NCBI GenBank assembly: GCA_973895155.1
Contig: OZ316893.1
Location: 22,105,744 to 22,169,743, forward strand
DNA: 64,000 bases
Source of the DNA: Marsupella aquatica
Lineage: Eukaryota > Plantae > Marchantiophyta
Direction of reading: 5' to 3'
Shown here: positions 39,201-51,300 of the stretch, in pieces
Position numbering within the stretch: position 1 is the first letter of the stretch
How the letters are laid out: the number at the start of each line of letters is the position of its first letter
Notes under the pieces: generated by a model
Told to the model about the DNA's origin: nothing
The model's input: the letters and a program-made list of their open reading frames with translations, nothing else
Databases searched by the model: none
Translations under genes and position numbers: made by a program

Positions 39201-42200
39201 ATACCTCCAAAGACAGTTTGAGAGACTTTCATTGCAGCCATCATTGTATATATAATTTTCTGATATCTGCAGACCAAAAATTACCTTTTTTACAACTTTG
39301 ATATCTTGTGTGGCGGATAGAAATGTTAGGTCCCACGTAGCACACTTTGAAGGCTGACAATTCGGTTTTTCGTTTGTCGTAACGGGAAAGGTATAGGAGT
39401 TCAGATGCGTAAAAACGAACTTGCCGCGTATTATGCAATTGACTCATACTGATGCTAGGTATGGAAATTGTCAGGTGGCAGAGGCTGTTTTTGAGAGTGT
39501 GCTTCCTAGGTCTGCTGGCGATGTCCTCCCTTCTTCAGATGCTGGTGTTTTACTATCTGTTGCCGACAGGTTTGTTTTCCAAACTTTTCAACAATTTGAT
39601 TGCTTGTATCAGCAGCAAATTAAAGATAAGTTATCTTCGTATACGGTGGTTCGGAATCATCGTTTCCGCGGAGTCACCGTTTCAGTTATCCATTTATGGT
39701 TTTGTGCCTAGTGAAATGGTTAGACGGGCTTCCTACTGTCCTTCATCTGGTTTGCTGACGGATCACATCTGTTTGTATGGTTAGCTGGGTCTCGCGCTGA
39801 TTTCTCGATCTGGTTGTGCAAAAGGACTGAAAGAAATACACACCAAAAGAAATCTTGCTTACCTGGTACCATATTCAGTATATTTGATGAAAGTCTCTAT
39901 GCGTGAACAGGTTGGACAGTCTCGTGGGCCTGTACAGTGTGGGCCGTCAACCATCTGCATCCTCAGATCCATTTGGCATGCGCCGAAGTGCCTATGGCCT
40001 GGTAATTTTTAAATCAAATGTTTCAACTAGAGCTAGATTTTCTTTCTTTAATTCTGTGTCTAAGTTGAAGGACTTGGGAAAGTGCAGATTGTTAGTGCTA
40101 CTAAATTGTGCGTTCTACTTCCATCTCTGAGTCCCTGGGGAAGAATAATTTCGTTCTGCACATCCATGCTCATTACCAGGCAAGGTAGGGACGAGGTTTT
40201 GAAGCAAGTAACGAAATGGACCAAATTTCACCTCTTTTACATCAGAAGTGGTGATTTCATTAGACGTCATTGTGCAGGTTCAAGCTCTTGTTGAGAATGG
40301 AAAGAACTTGGACTTGAGAAAAGCCCTCAAGATTGCAGCTGATGTACAGCCAATCGATGTCCCTGAGTCCATTCTTCAAGAGGTGGGGTATTCTACATGC
40401 TTGCTAGTCTATTGAAAAGCTTGACTCTCAGATTTTATGTGCATTAGAATTATGTTGTATCTATTTTGGTTCTCGTTCAATCAAAGAGATAGATCACGTT
40501 GTTTATAGCTGGTAGTGCTCGGCTGCTTCCTGTCATTGCCGTTTACCTTGAAGAAATGTAATTAAGTTGCCTCAATATCCTAACTCGCCAAGTCCCATAT
40601 TCATGCCTTCAAGTCTGCAAGACTCACTGTGATTCTTGTGGAGATATCAGAACGTGTTTTCTAAACCTTTTATTCATCCTCCAGGTTTTCACTTTCATCA
40701 CTCGGAGGTTGGAGCAACTTCTGGTTTGTCCCTCATCATTTTCATTCGTATGCATGCCAAGAAAGCCTTGCTTCTAAAATAAAGATTCAGTCCCAATGAT
40801 TTCAAGATTGGAAGCACTCGGACCCTAATCTGTAAGTGTCTGAGTATCAATTATAACAAAAAAGTAGGGCAATTCAGTTGGGAGAAAGAAAAAACAATAG
40901 AGTGATCTTTGGACTTCGTCGAGCTTGTCTTAATAAGTCAATCTGTGTCGTCCTTGTGCCTCAAATAGGTCGATGGTGGTGCAAACGTTGAACTTGTGCG
41001 ATCCATTCTCGCTGAAAGGGGTAGTATACCAACACTTGCAGCCCGCTCTGTGACTCAGGTTGGTATAACTCGGAGTACTTAGTAGACTTTTTGATATTGT
41101 GCAGGTTCTTTTCTTTTCTCGAGTTCCATGGGATAAGAATCATCCTACTACATCACCAGTTATTTAAAGAGGAATGTTTTTCTTGTATGGACGTTAGTAT
41201 TGTAACTCCAGTTCGCTCGTTCCTGCCAAATAGATGGAAGAACTCGTGAAGGGAGATTTGTTGTCAAAGATTGTCGCTGCCTATGCTCGCCCCACCAGGA
41301 TAGTCCGCGGGAAAGAGGTTGATCCCTCATGGCAGGTATGTTAGTCCCGTGTAGTACAGTCAACCCTGCAGTAAGTGACCATGGAATGATAACTCCAGAA
41401 GAATTTGGGCTGACGATGAAAGTGATGTACTTGATTTCCCTCCGTCTAAAAGCTATAAATGTGCAAGATCTGGTTGGATATGTAAATGGGGGACCTCTCT
41501 TGTACTGTGCCCAGATTCTTTGGAACAATTCGTTTCACCTTTTATAAAGTTGCAATGGTTGAAGTTAGTCAGTCATGAAACAATTTCGCGCCATTCAGAC
41601 TCTTCTGTTTGAAACAGGTTGATGAGACTGTGTTTGATGCTGCGGAGGAGAAAGTGTTGTGGGATGCCTGCAAGCAAACATCTGCGCTTCTGTATGATGG
41701 TATTTTTTTGCAACTCTGTCAACTGGATCATTGTGTCATCTATTTTGTAGTCTATCTCATGACGTTAGGATTTAAAGCAGTGCATCACAGAATTCCAACA
41801 GGTACCTGCTGTGCACTTGCATCACTAACCCCACAACTGCCACATGAACGGAAATATTGGCATTGCAAACTACTTCAATTTTACCGTACTGATGTGAATG
41901 ATCGATATGTTGCAGGGGTAGGTGTTGATGTGTTTGTAGAGGCCTCTCAGAGCTTGGTAGACCCATTGGAAGCTTTCTTCACCAATGTCTTTGTTATGGC
42001 GGTATGTTGCACCAGACTAAACTCTAGCTGATCTTCATATTTAGTAATGCAATCATTTCATACGAAGAAATTGCTTTCCTGGCTTTATTCCTCGGCACAG
42101 TTGGGTATTTCAATGTAGGGTAGTTTCACTTTGACTCTTCCTGCCCTTAGTCTCTCAATGTGACTTTGCTGCAGGAGGATGAGAGGGTGCGGAACAACCG

Positions 42201-42273
42201 TCTGGCATTGCTCAACACAATTGCTAGTCTTCCTAAGGGCATAGCAGACCTTTCTATCCTACCCGGCTTTTGA
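30201..42273 (+). CDS. EDD1: Glycine--tRNA ligase, organellar bacterial-type fused alpha+beta form, ~36 exons (span given)
   Basis: Exon 1 (30201-30605) encodes a Ser/Arg-rich transit peptide and [11 protein letters not shown]. Later exons encode [114 protein letters not shown] and [10 protein letters not shown]. Last exon ends NNRLALL...LPGF-TGA (42271-42273). GT/GC-AG junctions keep frame where checked. Confidence 0.95.
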
Positions 42274-43792
42274 GAACTATTTTTGTTGTACTAAATTCTC
42301 CTGCATAGATTGGCTGTCTACTGAAACAGTAGATTTTATGCTAGTAGTAGAGGTCCTCCTGCATTCTCGGTTGTATCCATTTCATGGCCTTAATTTTAAA
42401 GAAAAGCTTGAAAGAAATTCAGCAGTTGACTGTTGCAAATTTGCAAATTCAGCTGCTTCATGAGGAAAAGGTTTGCCTAGGCCAAAGCCGTATTTAGTTT
42501 GTATAAAGAAAATTTCAAGATTTTGAAAGAGTTAGGATTAATTTCATAAGGAATAACGTTGGAAGATGATTGGACGGAAATTGTTTGAGCTCGTCATCTA
42601 ACTCATTTAACCTTAGAAGGCAAGTTAGGCAAGTTAGGCAAGTTGTTCTCACACTCACCCCTGAAGAAAAACGATAGGCTCTTGGTGGACTCTTTCTCTG
42701 CGGTGTCAGCGAAAAGAATTCTCCCAAAGATTAGAGAGTGACAAAGGTAATATGTGTGATGAGACGTTTCTGATGTAGGATGCTTTGAAATGGAGCTGAA
42801 GGGCAATCTTTCCTTCATTAGCTTCGGATGAACTGACGACACCAAGTTCACAGCAATCGCCTGTTTTGTGTTATTAAAATTCACACACAGGAAACCTTGT
42901 CATTTTTCAAAGAAGAGTCGTCAGGCAAGGAACCAAAGATGTATGTGCACACACACACATCTTCTGGAACAGTAACTTACCCAGTTGGGATAAGGAGTGG
43001 GAGATTCCACCACCTTCAAATTTAGTTGTACTTTCACTATCATCATGTTTGGGTTTAAATACGTTCTCGACATAACAAAAAGGACCAAAAAATAATCTGC
43101 GGATGAGGCATGACACACAAAATGTGTCCATACTTTCTCCAGGAGCGGTTGGGGCAAACCTCTACCATAGAACTACATGAGTGTACTACAGTAATGAATG
43201 ATGGGCATTGGCACAAAAATTGGATAATGCAGATTAGGTAAGTTTACCACCAGGGCGAGACCCGAACTCAAGTAAACTATATCTCCTTTCCCGTTCCCAG
43301 AAAGTAAGCATAGAGAGATTCCCTTGACATTGATTGACTTGGTAGCTTCGAGCCTCGGATTGAATTGCTTGTTACTGGCTACTCAAATTGCGGCAAAGTT
43401 TGTGGCTCCTTGCATGATCTCGATCACGAGAAGAATAGTTCACATATACAAAGCTGCGTGATGGATCACATGAATCCACTTTGAGAGGAATCCAACGTCA
43501 CTACCTCGGCTTTGTCAAAAGGGCAGCTACTGTACAGTGTTAGGCAACGAACATGTCTTGGGCAATGTCTAGTCGTCACAATGCAGCCCAGCTGGATAGT
43601 GAATTACCTAGAGATACCAATTCTTTGCCATCGCTGAGATGTACATGATTTTCAAGGGAGAGCAAAAAAGGAGACATTCCGGTCCTCAATTGGGCCTGTT
43701 TTTCTAGAGAGAAGCTGCGGAGAAGATCAGCTCAAAATCCTTTCGCCGTGCCGACAATGGGCTCAAAGCTCAAAGCGCATTGTACCAAGTGA

Positions 43793-44154
43793 AATGGTCT
43801 GAGTTGCTAGTTAGACCCCATCGACCTTCAGCAATTTTCAAAAGAAAATTCACCACAGCTGGAGATTAGGTCCCATGCTGGTGAAACAGGAAACCCTTCC
43901 TCCTGATTGTAAGCTAGGCCATGCATCTGACTCGGTCCGTCCATTACAAAGCTCAAAGCGCAGGTCCGTCCAATGGTACATAAACAGGGTTATGTACGGT
44001 CCGTCCATTACAAAGCTCAAAGCGCAGGTCCGTCCAATGGTACATAAACAGGGTTATGTACAACAGTAAGTTTCTGGGGCGGACCGAGTCAGAGGCATGG
44101 CCTAGCTTACAATCAGGACCTATTCTTTGAGCTCAACTAGCAACTCAGACCATT
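43793..44154. repeat. Long inverted-repeat (hairpin) structure with a 64-bp tandem duplication in its loop
   Basis: 43793-43812 pairs with 44135-44154 (20/20); 43901-43939 pairs with 44080-44118 (38/39); 43934-43997 is repeated at 43998-44061. Confidence 0.85.
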
Positions 44155-47100
44155 ACATCCGTTAATTTGTGCTGATCGATTTGCTCATTGATTGAGATCA
44201 ACCGTGAGTTTGCTATCAGTGGTGAGACTTAATTGACCAGGAGCTACATAGAGAGAGAGAGAGGATAAGAAGCTGCCTTCGATCCATACATTCTGAATCA
44301 GAAAGCACATAATTTGTTCTGAGCCAAAATTGCACAATTCTTTTATATTTTCATTGACCAGGCGCAATATTTTGTCCTCCACTAGGGCGAATTTGTGAAG
44401 CCCGGGTTCACTCAATCTGTAGGCGGGTTTGAACTACGGCAAGCTGGCATTGGACTTGTTCCAATCACAGTCTGACTTATGCCCAAACTGAAATCGAAGC
44501 CACTCCAGCTGCTGCTTCAATGTTGTTGCGCCTGCAATGCAAGCTGCAAGCGGGCAGCACACTTCAGAGGCACCTGATCGGCTCCATTCGTTTTGAGGAT
44601 GTGCTAAATCAAGGTGGCAAGTCAATGGTCGAATTACAGTGCAGAACCAGCTGGCCGGCCGGCTGGCTTGGTAGGATTTTAAGTAAACTGTAGACATCTA
44701 AAATGCTCCAGACCCGGGTTGCCGAAAGAAACTTTGCAATTGAGGTCGATCACAAGAACAAATTGTAGAAGTTTAAAGGGTAGCAGAAGCACCTCCAATC
44801 CCGGCTCAATACGTAGTATCTTTGTTGGAGCATTATTGATTTGATATTTTTCTTTCCCTGTGTGTTATTTTTACACGGGATTGAAAGCTTGAGATCGATC
44901 ATCGCCAGAGTCAACTCATGTGAAGTTAAAAGAGTTACGGCTGCTCTTACCTACTGTAGCTCCCGAGTTCCTACTGGGACAAAAGGTTCATAGCATTTGT
45001 GGCCCCCAACTCCCCCAGGCCTTGCATTGCACACCGTGATCAGAATGCACGACCTGGGACTCAAAGCGTCCAACCGATGACGTGCTATACCATGTGCAAT
45101 GATGCAAAGATGACAAACCAGCTGGCCTGGCAACAGATATGCAATGGTCGTAGGGAATCTTATTATCTAATAAGTAGGATCTTCTTGTATTTTCATCATG
45201 CTTGTCATGAGCGTGCCTATCTTTACTTTGGAAGCAATGCGATAACTATACATGAACTTACAAAGTCAATTTCATGGTCTGCCCCTACGTCGCGAGCCTC
45301 CGTCCAGGAATACAGTTCATTGCAAGCAATACAAAATTTATTAGAAAATACCAAATTTAAATGCAGATTGATCAGTGAAGACATAATGGTTCCCTTCATT
45401 CATTTGCTAACCCGATTCCAAGCTAACCGGACATTTGCTAACCCGATTCCAAGCTCTACATGGAGTACGTAAGAGTCTAAGAGAGGATGTTCCTAATCCG
45501 TGCCCGGAGTTGAGGAAGAGAGGAATGCATGTAGCAGGAATCACACGGTACCCACTCTCAGGTGATTTCACAGCACGTCCTCCATCTGCTGCTACAGTAG
45601 CAGTGATGAAGCTGGCTCTCCTGCTGCTGCTAGAGTGCCGTCTGGTCACTGGTGTGATATACTGGACTCACGGCTTCGAGCCCAATTTTACCCATTTAAA
45701 TTCTAGCCACAGCTGGAGCTCGCTTCCGGATTCATGCGGGATTTGAGAGTAGGGGTACAGGGATCGGAATTGTTGCAAAAGGAAGTCTGACTTAGCAGAA
45801 GCTTGTCGGCTCGGATCTTAGCTTGAGGTCTCATAATGTTCCGTGCTACCGTAGTCCCATGTGATCTCTGAGGTAGAGTTCAACCAGCTATGAATGAATA
45901 TACGCCACTTTTTCTCGAAAAAGTGAACCTACTACCATGAGGAGTCCGATGTCCTCAAGAAGAAAAACCTTGGAGTTTGGGCTGCTACCAAGCTGCCCCG
46001 CATTTTGTTTCAAGTGATGGAGTATCAGCAGGACTCTATATATGATACTCTATATATGATCGTTATGATGTTCACTTTGCTTAGTCAAAATGGTAAGTTC
46101 TCTATTGGGGCATGGGGTTAACGCACTTCGTTGAACAAGGGTCGGAAATTGACACAGCTGGTGGATAGCGGAGAAATTGTACTATCAAGAGGATTGGTTG
46201 GGATAGACACATCCAAAACCGAGAAGTGAGGATGTGCCAACAACCACCAAGTCAGCTGCACTGACGCTGAAACATGATCGACCTACCGTAAACAAGAGGA
46301 AAGGTGAATTTAAAAGTACTTTCTCAAAGCTGTGCCCATCAAGGACAAGTAACTCCAGACTGTAGGTACTGTAGCTGGTCGAAATCTCGATCCAATGAGA
46401 TTCGAAAGCTCCCTTTTCTCTCAATTCAACGTGCTATATATGGAAGGGGAACGCGCCTACCTTTTCAGCTCGGCCTAGCGATGATGACATGGTCTCTCGT
46501 CAAAACAGCTGACAGTTTTTTTAAAGCTTCGAATGAGTACAGAGAAAAGCTCCATATAAATGTACAGCGAATGGATCAAAGCCGTGTTGCTGAGAGTCTG
46601 TTGATTGGCTCGAAAAGCTCCTGGACAGCTAGCTGTGCTGTAGCGGATCTATCTAGCTTGCGAGTGCACTGTACTGGGGTGTCAGTTGAGGACAGCTTTC
46701 TCCACCTTGAAATGATGGATCTGAAAAGTCGAGAGTACTAACTAGCTGGTACCTTTTATTGGCACGCATCCCCCTTAGTGCGGCTTTACAAGACGTCCGC
46801 GCCAGTGTCTTCTTTTTATTCTCTCCATGACATTAATGACTGCAAAGGCTCTATGATTAAATCTGTATTGTATAATGAGATCAAAAGGGTTGGAGTTGGC
46901 TTCACAGTCCCATTCAGGTAATTCAGGTGGGGGCCATTGCATTCCTTTCTATTCCCTAAGATTAGAGGACCATTGTCTTTTCTTTATTCCTAAGATTAAA
47001 TCTGGACTGTCAAATGTGTGGAAATGGCTGCAATCTCAATGTCTCCTTGTTATACCCTCTGAGATTAAATGTGGAGCTTATAATAAGTGGAATCAAAGGG

Positions 47101-49090
47101 CTGCAGTTGGTTTTACAATAACTACTGTAGGAGTCCATCGTCTTCGTTTTATTTTCTCTGAGATTAAAACTGAAGAGTACCAAAAATGGAAACGATGCAG
47201 TGTTGGCTTTACAAGAACAAGAGGGTCTCTTAGGTCATTCGGATGGTTGAGGAAAGTCAATTTAGAGCCCCTGTGCTATGCTGCCTGCCCTACCAGTCGT
47301 GCTTAGGTGCTAAAAGAGTGACCTCCAATTTTTCAATGTGTGTGGGGGGTGGGGGGGGGGGGGGGGCGCTTAGAGTGATGGGGTTTGTGCAAAAGTTGGT
47401 ACTAGAGTAACCCTGTGCATTATAGGCAACGTGCCATAGTTGGCAGCATTGAATGGGGCCCCCCAAAAGACAGCAATACAAGAGTGTTCCAAGGAATCTC
47501 ATCCAGAATTTAAGGTATGGTGTCTACCGGTCCTCATGGCAAAGCAATAAGCCGAAGTAAATGCTGATGTGGAGTGTTGCCTCCTTTTATCTAGAACTTT
47601 AGACTACCTTCAAAGCTGATCCAACCATTTCAAAATCTGGCTCCTTCATTCAAGGGCTTACTATTAAAGTACATTTGAAAAGATTTTTTAAGTCTAGAGT
47701 CTACATTCAAAACTAGAAGAGGTCTTCCAGTTTGATTTGGTAATAAGAATGTCACAACTGCCCCCTTACTTCCTGTAAAGCCACTCTTAAGTGATGGAAC
47801 CCTGGATAATATCATATCCACTTGAGTGAGGATTCTATTGCATTGCAGTATGACTACCCCACGGATCATTCCAACCACTAGACCTAGTTGAACAGGACAA
47901 TGCTTGGTGAGCACAAATTGAGATCATTGACATTCCGCTGGGAATTCTGGAACCACACACATTGGGAATTCTGGAACCACACCCATTACATTAGTCAACT
48001 ACAGTAGCTACTGTACTACATTATGTAGAGCTCCCACAACCACTCAGAAAAGCTACCCAAGCAACAAATATTCAATTACTGAAGTGTTTCGTTACACCAC
48101 CCAACAACTCAAACAGCAGACATTTCTGGGTGGTAAAACATGATGTGCTTCATCCATGTGATGTGTTGAGAAAGAAATTAAAAACATACTTCACTTGTGT
48201 AAGATGTCTAGAGGTTATGTTACCATACAAAGGAATATGAACTTTAATTTGTTAGGGTAGTTGTGCTCTTTAGATAATCTCCAGAAAATTACTTGCCCGT
48301 GCTTAGTCGCATTGTCAACAAGTAGTAGGGTAGATCATACAGCAACAAGGCTTTCAGGCCATGTCCGTATGAGCCCTAAAATTCCAACAGAGGCAGACTT
48401 GTCATGGGAGAGAAATCTCATAGCATAATAGGACCGGAAATTAAGCCCTGATGGATTGAGGGGTTTGTTTTGCCCATAGACTGTGTAACATTTGCTTCAC
48501 TTTACAGCCAAAATTCACACTGACTGGTTGAATTGGAATGACTCTTCACTTTTGAGAAGATTGCCCCAAGGACTGTTTCCGGGTGCCCCAGCCAGCTGTA
48601 AAACATCAGTTTTTGGCAGAGATCTGTATCTAGTTTTTCACACTTGTGCATTTTGTTGGACAACTTTTGGACCTATGCTTAGGTTCAAATTTTTCTACCA
48701 TGTTCTCTGGTTTTCAATCTATTACCTGATCTTCACTTTTGTGAAGAACGCCCTGACTAGTTTGGGCATGTCATTGCATAACCCCCTCTTGCCCATCATT
48801 AACCGTAACACCCTTTCTCGCCTCCCAAAACTACAAGAAATAAAGTCGACTTGGCGGCTGGCTGTGATATTTGATTGCTTTTCTTTTGCCAATGTCCATG
48901 GGGTACTGAGTTGCGAGCCATTTACCTTCTGCAATAAGATCATGGGAGAAATTTTTAATTAATAGAGCCTCTCAATCCTTGAGCACTATGGTAGACCGGT
49001 TCTTGTCATAAAGTCTGACAGTAACTATTCTTGTTTCAGTTGAAACTTTTTTTTGGGGTTTGTTTGTGCCTGGCACATGGAGCTTCCCTA

Positions 49091-49269
49091 GAGGGATATG
49101 CTTAGTAGACCCCCTTCTCAAAAAAGTTTGCTTAATCAACCCCCTCTATACTTTTCCCCAATCTGGACCATTGATTGACCTTTCCATCTCAGATCTGGAC
49201 CGTTGATAGACCTCAGGGGGTCTAACAAGTCACAAGTTTCATTTTGGGGGTCCATCGAGCAACTACCCC
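49091..49269. mobile_element. Mutator-like MITE (179 bp)
   Basis: Perfect 9-bp TSD GCTTCCCTA (49082-49090 and 49270-49278); G-initiated imperfect TIRs GAGGGATATGCTTAGTAGACCCCC / GGGGGTCCATCGAGCAACTACCCC. Confidence 0.85.
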
Positions 49270-50189
49270 GCTTCCCTATGGCCATGTCATATTGATGTCT
49301 GTTAAGATCAAAAAGTTATGGATCTGCCCTGCTTGTGAAATCCATACCGATTGTATCTATAACTCACAAGCTAGCTGATAGGGCATCTCAGACCTTGGAG
49401 ATACCAGGATAACTTTTTTCCATAAGGTATCAAGGCAGACTTTAAATTTGGGATTTCTCATAACTAAAAATTGTGGGAGTCAACCTTCAGCTCCTCTAGA
49501 GAAAGCCTATGGGCTCAACAACTAACCAATAACATTAACTACAGTCCATTCACTACTGTTCAAACATTTTGAACCATAGCTTGTGAATGTGGAAATCAAG
49601 AGAAAACTGGAAAATGTGATTAAATGATCCACAATGACAAATTATGTGTCAAAACTATGCCTGCTGGTAATCACACATCAAAATGTGATAATATACAGTG
49701 TGCACTCACTAATTTAAAGAAAATAGTGAGATTTATCATGGTATGGAGTGTGATGTAGTACACCCTATATGTCATCTTTTGATGTGCAATTGGGGATGCT
49801 ATTGAAAGGCAACCGGGTTTTCAACCTGATATGGCTCTGGTTGCTCCATTGGGGATGAAGTCAAGGAAAGAAAGGGACACATAATTGAGACAGAGGTTAC
49901 CCCTAACTCCTGGGTTATGTGCTGGTCAATGCATTTTCCATGGCTTTTCCATGAACATTTCAATTGTGCTACTTTGCAACATCTGATTAGTGTGTGTAAG
50001 GCTAGGACTGTAATCAAAGTTAACCAGAGAAGTGGATGCAAAAAATTCATTGGACTCATTGTCACCTTCTTTTTAAATTTAAAATAAATTTAAAAATGGG
50101 TTGGCCTAAGCTATCTTGGGCCTGTGTTTTTAAATTGATAACTTGGTCCAATAATTTGATTTTAATTTCTACCTTGGTCCCGTAACTTG

Positions 50190-50874
50190 TGTTGAGCATA
50201 GACTACAATCACAATGGCAAAACCTGTCAAGGATTGCTCTTAGTCTTGTGGCTCATAGGTTACGGCAATTCAGTTAACCACAGTTTGGGACTTAGTTGAG
50301 GTTAGGTTAGTCGTGTGTGATCTTGTATATACCAGGGCTAGTGTAAGCCACTCGCGGATGGTGCTTGCTCATAGTAATGGAGCAACTTCAGGAAGAGAGA
50401 AAGTTTGTGTGTTCAACTACTCTGAAGTAAAATTGGAGTGTTCGTGTGGACGTAGCCTTGGGGAAGAGGTGAACCACATATGGATTGTGTCGACTACGTG
50501 AACATGGTATGAGTCGTGATTGTATCGTCATGAAGGAAGGTGTCATAGTTCAACAACACCATTACCATCCAACGATCAAGAGCCGACACAACACGATAGT
50601 TACGTGGTTCACCTCCACATGAGGGTACATCCACGGGAACACACAAAACATTTACTGCACTCTAGGCCGATTAGCCATACCAAGCATCCACAGCACAAGC
50701 CCTCCCTATCTTTCAACTGGCTCCGTAACAATAGTTCCTACTATCCAAGCAAACATCGTTTGGGTATAGTGTGTGCATAACATAGCTAATCTAATCTAGT
50801 CTGCGACTAAGACCCGACTAAGATTAGCCCTAAACTGTGGTACAATCGTAATTCTAGACTTAAGAGTAAATACA
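50190..50874. mobile_element. Solo LTR (same family as 12142-12484) interrupted by a second solo LTR
   Basis: TG...CA termini with perfect TSD ACTTG (50185-50189 and 50875-50879); 50190-50224 plus 50561-50735 match 12142-12345. Confidence 0.8.
50225..50555. mobile_element. Nested solo LTR in opposite orientation
   Basis: TGTCAAG...TTCAACA, near-TSD AAACC/ACACC; contains CGTGGACGTAGCC...GAGGTGAACCAC, the reverse complement of a motif in the host LTR family. Confidence 0.65.
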
Positions 50875-51300
50875 ACTTGATCCCATAACCAGGGACACAT
50901 CTGTAACTTAATTCGGACCAGTGACCAAGTTCTGAGGCTCGCTATTAGGGTGTCTCAAACCTCTAGGGTTTGGCTCCGGTCACTGTCACACATGTTTGCC
51001 CCGAAATAAAATGACACATTTTTGCCCCGAAGTAAAATGACACACATGTTTGCCCTGAAGTAAAATGACAGACTCACACAAGCTTGTCCTACCAGTTGTG
51101 ACCTAGGTCCCTATCTCACACTTTTGGACTGGGGATCTTTCTAGGGCCTGAGATTCCTGTTGTGAACTTTGGAACTTTAAGACTAACTAGAAAACAGGTA
51201 CAATATTCCTGGTAGTACTTATCTACTCTGTGTGTGTCATGACATTGCGCTTTGCAGGTGCGTCGTCCGTAAGGTGACAGAGGGCAACAGAGCTGGGCAC

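Noticed and set aside
42900-48960. Scattered 60-157 aa ORFs downstream of GlyRS
   Set aside because: No recognisable domains or consistent exon chain; may be pseudogene debris but cannot be supported
50882-50890. CCCATAACC as a second half-tRNA PBS
   Set aside because: Lies outside the TSD in a short local repeat and does not abut an LTR start in the proper orientation
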